The notes beneath the pieces are model-generated. The model had not been told where the DNA came from. It saw only the letters and a list, made by a program, of their open reading frames with translations, and searched no databases. Source: an uncultured Bacteroidales bacterium (GTDB taxonomy: Bacteria; Bacteroidota; Bacteroidia; Bacteroidales; Paludibacteraceae). Taken from it: a stretch of DNA of 64,000 nucleotides. Each line of letters begins with the position of its first letter. Position 1 is the stretch's first letter. Shown piece by piece: positions 50,201-58,190 of the stretch. The stretch is from positions 418 through 64,417 of the forward strand of contig ONBO01000003.1 of assembly GCA_900316125.1 (NCBI GenBank). The letters run 5' to 3'. A program made the translations under genes and the position numbers.

Positions 50201-51876
50201 CCGTTGGCTCCGTCACTGTTGAGCAGCAGCGCTGCTGTCTCATAGAACTTCAGCGGTGAGTCAAATGTAAACACGCCGCTGTCGTCCTTCTCAAAGGTCA
50301 CGGTCCCAAGGTCTCCCCTTATCCCGCTCAGCTGGCTCTCGCTTATGTATTTGCCAGTCTGGCGCCCTAACGGTGTGAACTTGTACCTGCCTGTAGGTCT
50401 GCTGTCTGTGTCCGTCTCCTCCTCAATCTGAACCAGATTACCATCATTGTCCTTGACCCTTATAGGGAACACAGGCTCGCCCTGCTCGTTCCGAGGCGTT
50501 TCTATTGTGCCTATAACGCTCCCGTTCTCATCTTTAAGGGTAAGCGTTCCTGTGACGCTGTCATACTCAGCTCCGCTTACGTCTGTCAGGAGGAAACCAA
50601 CCGAAAGGTCTGGCAACACCACCCCGTTTTTGAGTCTCTTGCCACCGCCTTGCAGCAGCATGTCCGTGCCGCCTATCTGAGAGCCTGACATGTCACACCT
50701 GACTTCCGTATAGCCAGATATCAGCTGCCTGGATGCGTTCACCTGTATGTTCCTGATATCTACCGTGAAATCCACGCCTATGTACGGTATGAACATATAC
50801 CCCTCTCCGCTGAAGGTGGACCCGCTCTGCGTGAGCGATGTGACAACAACCTTAAAACCTCCGCCCACGGTTATGGTGTCTCCCACCTCCAGATGCTCCG
50901 CAGGGGTGAGGTCTGTCACCGTGTAGCTGTCCTCTCCGCAGCGTGATATGCGCTCAGGGCTCTTGTCAAAGGGGTCCCTGTCTTCTTTACGCTTGACCGT
51001 AACTGTGTCATGAACATCATACCCGTCCGGATGCCTGACATCAAATGTGAACACCTCACTGTAACCTCCGTTTGTAAAATGCACAGTGCCCTCCACGCTG
51101 TACGCCCTGACACACCAGCCGTAACGCTTACCCTCCTCCAGTTCAGGTTCTGACAGGGAGTACGTCAGGCTGGTGGATGCCGTCTCTGTCTGGTATATAG
51201 TCTGCGAGTAGTTATATGCTGACGTGGGGTTGGACAGCGTATCCGCTATCTCCTTGATGGTAATCTCATACATTACTCCGGCTCCTGAATAGCTGTGACG
51301 GGGCTGCCACTGCAGCTGGAAGGAACGTGCGCTCAGCGGACGCATGACTATGCCGTTCTTAGGATACAGCAGTGCTGGGGGCTTGTTTATTGTGAGGTTA
51401 GTGACTGTGGTGTACGGTGTGGAGACTACAACTCCCGTGTGATACTCCACTGCCTCAAATGTGAACGTGGCGAGACCTTCGGGCATCGCCCCCTGGAACA
51501 TGGTGCCTGTGACATCAAGATTGCGAAGCTCAAAGTACGGGGAGAGCTCTGCGGCGCCAAGGCGTTCTGACATACCTGGGTATAGCGTGACAGCCTCAAA
51601 CACGGCCGACGGCTTTGTCCTCAGCATTAGTCCGTTCTGACACTTGACGGTCATGCGAAGGCGAACATCAATGCCTGTACTCATCACATCACGGTTAACA
51701 AGCACAACTGTGGCTCGGTCTTCAAAGCCGCTCACATAGTCTGACAAGTACACTGACGGAGACGTAATCTGTGCGCTGACCTGTACAGGGAAGGATGATA
51801 CTCCCTGCGCAGACACACGCACAACATATAACAGTAGTGATAATGTTAATATTATTTGTTTACTGAATCCTTTCAT
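47287..51876 (-). CDS. Giant exported protein, 1529 aa: N-terminal Ig/Fn3-like region, metzincin-like HExxH domain and AT-rich C-terminal module (operon gene 4; polymorphic-toxin-like)
   Basis: It has a signal peptide (MKGFSKQIILTLSLLLYVVRVSAQG). HELGHGKYRLRHTF is encoded at about 49438-49473 and is followed by NLMDY. Its ATG directly abuts the gene 3 stop (TAAATG). Confidence 0.7.
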   Translation of the reverse strand: MKGFSKQIILTLSLLLYVVRVSAQGVSSFPVQVSAQITSPSVYLSDYVSGFEDRATVVLVNRDVMSTGIDVRLRMTVKCQNGLMLRTKPSAVFEAVTLYPGMSERLGAAELSPYFELRNLDVTGTMFQGAMPEGLATFTFEAVEYHTGVVVSTPYTTVTNLTINKPPALLYPKNGIVMRPLSARSFQLQWQPRHSYSGAGVMYEITIKEIADTLSNPTSAYNYSQTIYQTETASTSLTYSLSEPELEEGKRYGWCVRAYSVEGTVHFTNGGYSEVFTFDVRHPDGYDVHDTVTVKRKEDRDPFDKSPERISRCGEDSYTVTDLTPAEHLEVGDTITVGGGFKVVVTSLTQSGSTFSGEGYMFIPYIGVDFTVDIRNIQVNASRQLISGYTEVRCDMSGSQIGGTDMLLQGGGKRLKNGVVLPDLSVGFLLTDVSGAEYDSVTGTLTLKDENGSVIGTIETPRNEQGEPVFPIRVKDNDGNLVQIEEETDTDSRPTGRYKFTPLGRQTGKYISESQLSGIRGDLGTVTFEKDDSGVFTFDSPLKFYETAALLLNSDGANGGGRIYRRMSNCDPYYDVPWLFIGEGCTEQVRARLKLTGSGKKEIPKPEDLQFIVSDEGGVTVLPSTYNADGTYSVTVAASQADSRQTVHAVYMVGDRCYQLGMLDVDTRAPMRAGVCLVNLGGSYSASQIEAGLNSIYGRVGVTWNVTEENGFSYPKDSIAYLFDSKSKALELYNSRQKNLNRAFETYLGDRYDGKTCYLFMMPANGSGSKRELAGFMPRGEQYGYINTDAVKSENLPAVIAHELGHGKYRLRHTFDSEYGKGAESKKGKTDNLMDYAPTPSRATHIAKWQWNQIHNPALLTELWEKDEDSEWVRDAVKQLAGYDYAYIRKCGSDANRRETGIDVVETYKAYGCRDGEWSKVIEITDREFFSNANFVISEDFVDAVVILDNGIVVSACDPSSNVSNICENASIDNKELTSIVEKCFSDFVSGQLKELAEYASKGQQFEILYNGKAYYLDNGVVKQDNVTYEDIRQGILGDESESKIRIYKKNGIWQLKVVGINKNFKSQNIGVVNYGELSDEICRSTNQWLKEENVTSLSEKTKNHIEDEFPGGEQVQVRGNETFFKIAASGIEMVSEVLKTGEFQQKIYNDNSESIIKLPGLLTGTSEAALRDVTDVTSIVYTGYELVVSEEKREEVRQSLSAIADAIGEDKSVLFKLLADIALEEATGLTSDEYRELGLNETDGGRKRNLGSRGTTRSVLTIVAGSVFVKQLPKVAEHIASKLSLHKRLSSFAKVDAKVLKAWEGLETVDITKVNKNICNILKKEGLTDDDIGKLIQINRLASTGDASDELVMLTRAISEKCFELPKSGEKVVKYVEAVKFEYRFIKNNSTEINGCILKASDYSLNNVELSQLIVDIGLHYDNSPFLNSTGYVKIETTMTDDMVRNVKRPYEAKEYLNNVEKKLPQTYTGVLGHKETDLIVPEFYIGEKDVRFPLQKGATATQYNANGVVENVYELIEVNEKLIWISK

Positions 51877-54800
51877 TTAGTACTTGTAATAAACCTCTAC
51901 ATCTGATGTCTTTATGCCGCCCGGAATTGTATATGAAACAAACGACTTGTATTTTCCTCTTGGCATGGACGAAACGGAATATTTTATAAGCCGCTTTTCA
52001 TAATCATTCAGGGATCCGCCTTGCACCCAGCGGTTCATAACCAGACCTAATAAATCATAAAAGTCACTTGAATAATACAGGCTCAGTCTGTATATGTGGG
52101 GGAATACGCTTAACATTCCACCCTCATCACCATTTGATAGGCAATGTGAATAATACGGGCTTACAGTAATTGCATTAAGCGGCGGCACTCCAATAACAGA
52201 TGTATCCCTGTTGACATTGAATTCTGAGGAAGAATATCCTGAATACAGATTAGGGTATATATTCTGTTTGTAATAAGCGTCATCACCTGTTGAACGTACA
52301 GTGACAAGTGGTTGCGCTGACCACTCTGACGCAAACAGGTCAACAGCGTCAAAACTTTCATCCGCCTTTGCAGCTAAACCGAGCAGCACAGTGCTATAAC
52401 TATTCTCTATGTCCCAGAACCCGCGAAGCGACATGGAATTCACCTTCTGCCTGAACGTCTTGTACTTACTTGTGCGGAATGCGTAACTGAGAATTGATTT
52501 CCCAATATCCGTACGCATCTCACTGTCCGCAACATTATGCTTGGTGCTGATATCCGCATTAACACCTGACAGCTTTTTATAGACAGCCTCATTTTTCACA
52601 GATTTTACCTCTGCGTCCTTAGGCCTGCCGCATAGATTGACATTTAACTCCGTTCCAACTGGGAGTTGTGACGGTACGTCATATTTAATAGTTTTTGAAG
52701 ATTTATCATACTTAATCTCCTGCGAGGCAATAATGTCTCCATCTTCATTTATAAAATCGGCAGTAAACATAAGGGAGTCAGCGAATAGATATGTCTGACC
52801 CTGCTTTAACCGGATGTACCCATGTCCGTACTCTTCCTTATGAAAATTACGCTGATTTCTGACAGGATATGAATACTCTATGTTGCGATCAGGAATGTAA
52901 TCTGGTGCTTTTCCTGTCACAAACACAACCTCTCGTTTCTCCTGACTCGCCTGCCCTGATGTATAGACTGTGCTCCACACCCCTTCCTTGTACTGACGGA
53001 ATCCTACAGAGACATTTATCTTAAACGTGGTTTCAGGGTCAAGAATCTCATGCGGATAAAAACTGTATTTATCCTTCTCATCATTCCAGCTCCATTCACC
53101 CTGTACAATGGCACCAGTCTGCATGTTTGTCAATGTGCAGTTATCTATAACCGCCATCATGTTTACAAATTCCTCGTCCAGCCTTGTCTCAAAAGGTTTG
53201 TTAATTCCAATGTTGAACGCCACCTGCGGAACAGAGAACACATCTACGTCTGATTCAGAAGGAGAAATGTCACCTATCACCTCCATGTCAAGCGGAGACT
53301 GTCCGGGAACAAGCAGATTACACTTTTCTCCAAGTTCAAACTTGAAATCAATACTGCCCTTTATCAAGCCGCCCAAGATGCTAAAATTAACACCCATCTT
53401 GCCTCCGAACCACGTTGGATTTGGAAGCATTCCCTGAAGCAACACAGCCGCGCCACCCTTGATAACCGGGATTTTGGCCTTTATAAACCATAGATTAACT
53501 CCTACTCCGAGTTCACCTGCAAGATAAGCGTACAACTGACCCGTGGCGTACCAGCCATCCATTCCTATGGTTCCGCTACGCCCCGCACACTGCGCATTCT
53601 CATACTGTCTTAGCATCAGGTCAAAACCTAAACCAGCCTGGAATCTGGCGTATAGAATAATACACCAAAGCTCTCCTGTGTCAATTGACAGACTTGAACC
53701 AAAGGCGAAGCCTTTACCCTTGGAAAATGCATCATTATTTCTGCTGACACTAAGGCTGCTTAGTTCAGACGAGCCAAACACTTCAGCAATCTGAGGCGGC
53801 ACAGGTAACGCATCCGGCATATTACACCCGGCCATCATGTATGCAGTGGTCTGAATATGGACAATATCTAATGCATTGAGCTCCACACCTATCGGGTTTG
53901 ATGGTGTTCCTATATGCAGATACCACTCCTTGGGCTCAATATGAAGAGTTACCCATCCTGCACGGCCTTCCGCACCCACTCCCTTTAGAAACCCTTCCAT
54001 AAAGTTTACGTATATTTCAAAATTGGAGTGCAGTACATCATTTACGAAATCATACTCTATGGCAAGATTAGCCACAATTCCATTAGCTGACGGCCTCTTT
54101 CTTACATCTTCATCTGTTTGTGACAGCATGTTCTTTGCTCCGCCCATATTAGACAAAGACGCACTGTCAAGAAATTTGCCCTGCCCGTAAAAACCTACTC
54201 TGTTAACGCCTCCATACCTGTTGAACTCCATCTCAAGCATAAGTTTAAGGCTTGCGACCTCCTGACTTGGAATAACAAGTATGACTCCGGCCTTGAAACC
54301 AAGCCCGCTGTTATTATCAGGTATGTAATTATAGGCGTTTGAATCAATAACACCCAAGCCTGAACGTTTCATACCGTATGACATACCACCAGCAAAGCCC
54401 CCAATGTTTACATATCCCGCACATGGTATAGGTGGCGTAAATGCTGCACTTGCGTCCACATACCAATATGAATCTCCGTTAACCCTGCCAAACACAGCAC
54501 TTGCTTTTATTACAAACTTAACCCCTGCAGACACCTCCAAATCAAGACTTCCTGCATATCCGTTGCCGTAAACTGGATCATCATAACGGGCAGAGGCTCT
54601 GCCTCTTAACTTCACTACTCCTCCTATTTCCGCATATACATCTATCTCCCTCAGTTCAAAACGCTTGAACCTCCACTGCTGAATGCCATCATCCTCCTGC
54701 AAATCACCCAACAATGCGAAACTGGTTGAAGCGCTGGTCACTTGTATGTCCATCTTAAGACCTGCATAGAAGTTAAGTGAACGGTCATTGGCTGTAAGAC

Positions 54801-56232
54801 CAAGCTCTGTGATGGAGACTGGCATATTCATAACAGATGATTCATTCCTATAGCCAAAGTAGTCCACGCTTACATACGGCTGCTCAGTCTGAATATGCAA
54901 ATTCTGGAAAACAACCCCCTTAAATGATGCGATGCTGTCTCCCTTGTCACTTTTTACAGACAGGTCCAGATTGCCGCACAGATTTGCCTCTGGACGGAAA
55001 ACGCCTTCACGCACCGCCAACTTAATGTATGAACCAGGCATGATGTTTGCCTGCGCTTGTAAAACGTCAAAAGATACGGTATCACCAACACTGACCGTCA
55101 TGGAGTAATTATTGTCAATATCCCACATACCTTCATACTCAAAGGCGGAGCTCTTCTGATCTGCTATAGGGATGCCTATGCGTCCGGCAAACGCAGCCTC
55201 TGTAAGCGTATTGGCCATAAGCCCCACTCTGAACTTGTCCACAGAGAATCGCCATCCTGATGCGTTGCCGTCAGAAAAGTCTAAAATAGGGGTCTCAGCC
55301 ACAAAAAGCCCGCTGATACCGTTTTCATCTATCAAAAGGTCATTGGCTGAAAAAGTAAGTCTGCCGCCTTTTTTACCCTTAAACTGCTCCGGCACTGTTA
55401 CCAGGATGCGGCCTGCGTAAAAGCCTTGCCAGATATTAACATCTGGCAGACCGTAGAGGTAGTTTGCTTCATAGTTCTTAGGAAATGTGACATTGCCGTT
55501 TCTGCGATGGCTGAAATCAAACACAACGTCCTCACACGCAAAATCAAAACCGTCCAACCCCATTATGGCAAATCTCGGCAAAGTGGCCTCTGCCAGCCAG
55601 TCTTCCCAATCATCAGCCTTGACCTGAAACGAGGCTCTTACGGCACCTCCATTGGGCTTGCCATCCTCGCTTACTGTCTGCATTATGGATTTGCTGAACT
55701 CCACATCGGCGGCTATTCCAAACCCTGTCACACCCTGACATGAAATATTAGCATAAGTCAAGTCGGCCATCTGACCTGAGTTGGAGATTCCGCCTCTCAA
55801 AATAATTTTTGCGTTATTGTCAAAAATTGGCATCTCAACATCTTGCAATAGAACTAGCCTTGCATCTCCAACAATATCACCATCATTTGACAACATGATT
55901 CCCTCCGCTCCAAAAAACAGAGGGATGCTGTCCTCCGGGCTGTCAGCACTTTTACTTGGTATGAATATACGTGCAAAGATATCCATTGAACAGTATTCCT
56001 TCGTGCTCCGCACCTTTGAAACTGCCAACGTGACGGTGGTGTTACCCATTGTGTGGCGGATTCCCATTGGAAGGTTATTACGAACGCTACCTGGGTCAAG
56101 TTTTGTTACAAAATTCCCGTTGTCGGTCACTTTCTGCAAATATGACCTTGCCTGCTCAATAGTGTTTGATGAGGCATATACAGGAATTGCAATAGCCGCC
56201 AATATGATTAGTTGTAACAGTCTTTTAGTCAT
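51877..56232 (-). CDS. Giant exported beta-rich protein, 1451 aa, family unknown (operon gene 3)
   Basis: It has a signal peptide (MTKRLLQLIILAAIAIPVYAS). The ORF is long and intact and starts 9 nt after the gene 2 stop. I recognise no catalytic motif. Confidence 0.6.
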   Translation of the reverse strand: MTKRLLQLIILAAIAIPVYASSNTIEQARSYLQKVTDNGNFVTKLDPGSVRNNLPMGIRHTMGNTTVTLAVSKVRSTKEYCSMDIFARIFIPSKSADSPEDSIPLFFGAEGIMLSNDGDIVGDARLVLLQDVEMPIFDNNAKIILRGGISNSGQMADLTYANISCQGVTGFGIAADVEFSKSIMQTVSEDGKPNGGAVRASFQVKADDWEDWLAEATLPRFAIMGLDGFDFACEDVVFDFSHRRNGNVTFPKNYEANYLYGLPDVNIWQGFYAGRILVTVPEQFKGKKGGRLTFSANDLLIDENGISGLFVAETPILDFSDGNASGWRFSVDKFRVGLMANTLTEAAFAGRIGIPIADQKSSAFEYEGMWDIDNNYSMTVSVGDTVSFDVLQAQANIMPGSYIKLAVREGVFRPEANLCGNLDLSVKSDKGDSIASFKGVVFQNLHIQTEQPYVSVDYFGYRNESSVMNMPVSITELGLTANDRSLNFYAGLKMDIQVTSASTSFALLGDLQEDDGIQQWRFKRFELREIDVYAEIGGVVKLRGRASARYDDPVYGNGYAGSLDLEVSAGVKFVIKASAVFGRVNGDSYWYVDASAAFTPPIPCAGYVNIGGFAGGMSYGMKRSGLGVIDSNAYNYIPDNNSGLGFKAGVILVIPSQEVASLKLMLEMEFNRYGGVNRVGFYGQGKFLDSASLSNMGGAKNMLSQTDEDVRKRPSANGIVANLAIEYDFVNDVLHSNFEIYVNFMEGFLKGVGAEGRAGWVTLHIEPKEWYLHIGTPSNPIGVELNALDIVHIQTTAYMMAGCNMPDALPVPPQIAEVFGSSELSSLSVSRNNDAFSKGKGFAFGSSLSIDTGELWCIILYARFQAGLGFDLMLRQYENAQCAGRSGTIGMDGWYATGQLYAYLAGELGVGVNLWFIKAKIPVIKGGAAVLLQGMLPNPTWFGGKMGVNFSILGGLIKGSIDFKFELGEKCNLLVPGQSPLDMEVIGDISPSESDVDVFSVPQVAFNIGINKPFETRLDEEFVNMMAVIDNCTLTNMQTGAIVQGEWSWNDEKDKYSFYPHEILDPETTFKINVSVGFRQYKEGVWSTVYTSGQASQEKREVVFVTGKAPDYIPDRNIEYSYPVRNQRNFHKEEYGHGYIRLKQGQTYLFADSLMFTADFINEDGDIIASQEIKYDKSSKTIKYDVPSQLPVGTELNVNLCGRPKDAEVKSVKNEAVYKKLSGVNADISTKHNVADSEMRTDIGKSILSYAFRTSKYKTFRQKVNSMSLRGFWDIENSYSTVLLGLAAKADESFDAVDLFASEWSAQPLVTVRSTGDDAYYKQNIYPNLYSGYSSSEFNVNRDTSVIGVPPLNAITVSPYYSHCLSNGDEGGMLSVFPHIYRLSLYYSSDFYDLLGLVMNRWVQGGSLNDYEKRLIKYSVSSMPRGKYKSFVSYTIPGGIKTSDVEVYYKY

Positions 56233-56241
56233 TTCATGCTG

Positions 56242-57162
56242 CTATTTAATGTCAATTGGAGCCGTATAACCCACAGCTCCTGTATTGAGACGGTATTTAA
56301 TAAAATACGAATATTCAAGTCCGGGCTTGACATCTCGGTCAAGATATGACCTGTAATCTCCTGCAAGTATTTTAATGACCCTTACACCTGCTGAATCATG
56401 CCTGTACACTTCAAAACACTTAAAAGACTCCGTTGTCTTTGGTTTCCAAAGAATCCAGATGCCAATGCCAGGCTCCTTCTGCAGTTTAACAGAAATGTCT
56501 GACTTTTTCTGTGTGACAGCCTTGACTGCTACAGGTTGGGATTCTGATGATTTATTGCTACTGCTGTCAATTGCTGCTATTGAGTAGATGTATTTTGTAC
56601 CAAAATCTGAGTCATTGTCTGTGTATGACAGGCTGTCTTTGGGAATGTCTATGTAAACAGTGTCATTGAGGCTGTCTGTACGTCTCATCCTGTAAGTCTC
56701 AACATCATCTGGAGTGGCGCAAACCCACCTTAATGTAACACCGTCTTTTGTTGCATTAAATGATGTGAAGCATGGTGTCATTGGAGGTATGACATCTGGC
56801 TTTGACAGTCTCACAACCGCACTCTTATCTGATAGGTTGTACCTTTCATCTATGCCAGCAATGGCGTAACAGACACTGCGGTTAAGCATCTTTATGTTGA
56901 CAGTATCAACATAAGCTGTATCAGTTACAACTTCACTGTTGACTTGTATTAAGTGTCCGCCATCGATGTCTGACCTGTAAAGGCGGTAGCCCAATATGTC
57001 AGCATCTTTGTTGGCGTTCCAGCGCAGACGCACCACACCAGCGGTGTCTATCTCGCCTATCAAGCCTATTGGTACCATTGGAGGCACACTGTCTATAGTC
57101 TGGACAAGCACAGGCAGGGATAACTTACGGCTGCCGTCTTTGCCTACTGCGGCTATCTTCAA
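56242..57162 (-). CDS. Fn3-repeat protein, 306 aa; probably the C-terminal part of a split gene (operon gene 2)
   Basis: It has three units of the pattern D..PP..P.GL......G.V.L.W......D(I/V).GYR(L/M)YR....Y.Y.I.A(I/V)D..(S/G)N.S. It begins at TTG in the middle of an Fn3 domain and has no signal peptide. Confidence 0.5.
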   Translation of the reverse strand: MKIAAVGKDGSRKLSLPVLVQTIDSVPPMVPIGLIGEIDTAGVVRLRWNANKDADILGYRLYRSDIDGGHLIQVNSEVVTDTAYVDTVNIKMLNRSVCYAIAGIDERYNLSDKSAVVRLSKPDVIPPMTPCFTSFNATKDGVTLRWVCATPDDVETYRMRRTDSLNDTVYIDIPKDSLSYTDNDSDFGTKYIYSIAAIDSSSNKSSESQPVAVKAVTQKKSDISVKLQKEPGIGIWILWKPKTTESFKCFEVYRHDSAGVRVIKILAGDYRSYLDRDVKPGLEYSYFIKYRLNTGAVGYTAPIDIK

Positions 57163-57176
57163 ATAATTTGTAGGTT

Positions 57177-57300
57177 TTGTTATTGTTTGAACATCAGTTT
57201 CAGGTGGGCGATATCATAGAGATCGAGGGATACCGCGGCAGGGTTTTGGAGATCGGTGTGCGCTCCACAAGGCTGCTGGGCTCCGGCAATGCCGTAATCG
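57177..57300 (+). pseudogene. About 40-codon fragment of an MscS-family mechanosensitive channel gene, antisense to the operon
   Basis: The plus-strand translation LLFEHQFQVGDIIEIEGYRGRVLEIGVRSTRLLGSGNAVI fits the MscS beta-domain consensus (F..PF.VGD.I.I.G..G.V..I.LR.T.(L/I)....G..V.I). It is bounded upstream by TAG (57171-57173). No further channel sequence flanks it. Confidence 0.55.
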
Positions 57301-58151
57301 CCAAACACATCAATGCCTCTTATTTTATAGTGATATGTCTTATGGTTTGCGGCAAGTGAGTCAGGATAGGTGACAAAATCTTTGCCGTCAATATTCATCA
57401 GCGGTATGTCTGAAATAGGACTGAACGTTATTCCGTCTTCTGATTTCCGGATTTCAAATGATGTGTATTGTGTCTTAACGTCCTGGACATTCCATGTCAG
57501 CATCACAACTCTGTCTGAGAACCGTCCTTTGAAAAATGTAATTTTGGGTAAATTTTGTTGTAAAGAATCATCTATATAGACATAGCCGTATTTTATATCA
57601 CGGCAGATGACTGTGTCTGCTGGATATATACGGTACAGATAACTGCATCCTTTCTTAACATCGGAGTCTGTCATACCCCACCCTGCCATACACGCCGCCT
57701 CATAATCCATCTCTGACGCATACATGGAAGTCAGGAATCGCTGTTCCTGCTCCCTGCTGATATTCACTAATGCCGATATTGAGCCCTGGCTTTGACCGCC
57801 TACGCTGAACGAATCTCCATAAAGAGCCTGCGCAATTATGGCCGCATAATTGCTTCTCTTTGAGATTTGTTCCCAGTTATTCAATGGTTCAGCCTTAACA
57901 TGGCTGTTAAAAATTTGTTTGACTGGTGAATCAACAAGCTGTCCGTTCTCTTTTACGACATACCTTTCCACCATAAAACCGCACTCATTAGTGCGACGCC
58001 ATGACGAGGCATCACTTGCAGACCAACGAAGTTTCACTCCTACGTCAGAGAATTTACCCTTTACCGCTATATAGACGCTGTCTGACGCGTGAATCTTTAA
58101 AAGAGAAAATATTAATATACCTAAAAGTAGAGTAAAATTTTTCTTATACAT
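57180..58151 (-). CDS. Exported Fn3-containing protein, 323 aa; probably the N-terminal part of a split gene (operon gene 1)
   Basis: It has a signal peptide (MYKKNFTLLLGILIFSLLKIHA) and Fn3-like segments (VKLRWSAS, VMLTWNV...YHYKIRGIDVFGDYG). The last ~35 codons are the antisense reading of the MscS-like fragment. Confidence 0.6.
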   Translation of the reverse strand: MYKKNFTLLLGILIFSLLKIHASDSVYIAVKGKFSDVGVKLRWSASDASSWRRTNECGFMVERYVVKENGQLVDSPVKQIFNSHVKAEPLNNWEQISKRSNYAAIIAQALYGDSFSVGGQSQGSISALVNISREQEQRFLTSMYASEMDYEAACMAGWGMTDSDVKKGCSYLYRIYPADTVICRDIKYGYVYIDDSLQQNLPKITFFKGRFSDRVVMLTWNVQDVKTQYTSFEIRKSEDGITFSPISDIPLMNIDGKDFVTYPDSLAANHKTYHYKIRGIDVFGDYGIAGAQQPCGAHTDLQNPAAVSLDLYDIAHLKLMFKQ

Positions 58152-58190
58152 TTGACTTTATTGTTATAACTTAGCTTCTGAATCTTTCCC

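Noticed and set aside
57370-57579. A plus-strand ORF containing NVIPSSDFRISN, considered as a continuation of the MscS-like fragment.
   Set aside because: It is in a different frame. The IPN-type position is already occupied within the first fragment (GNAVIAKH). The similarity is too short to separate from chance antisense translation of an Fn3 gene.
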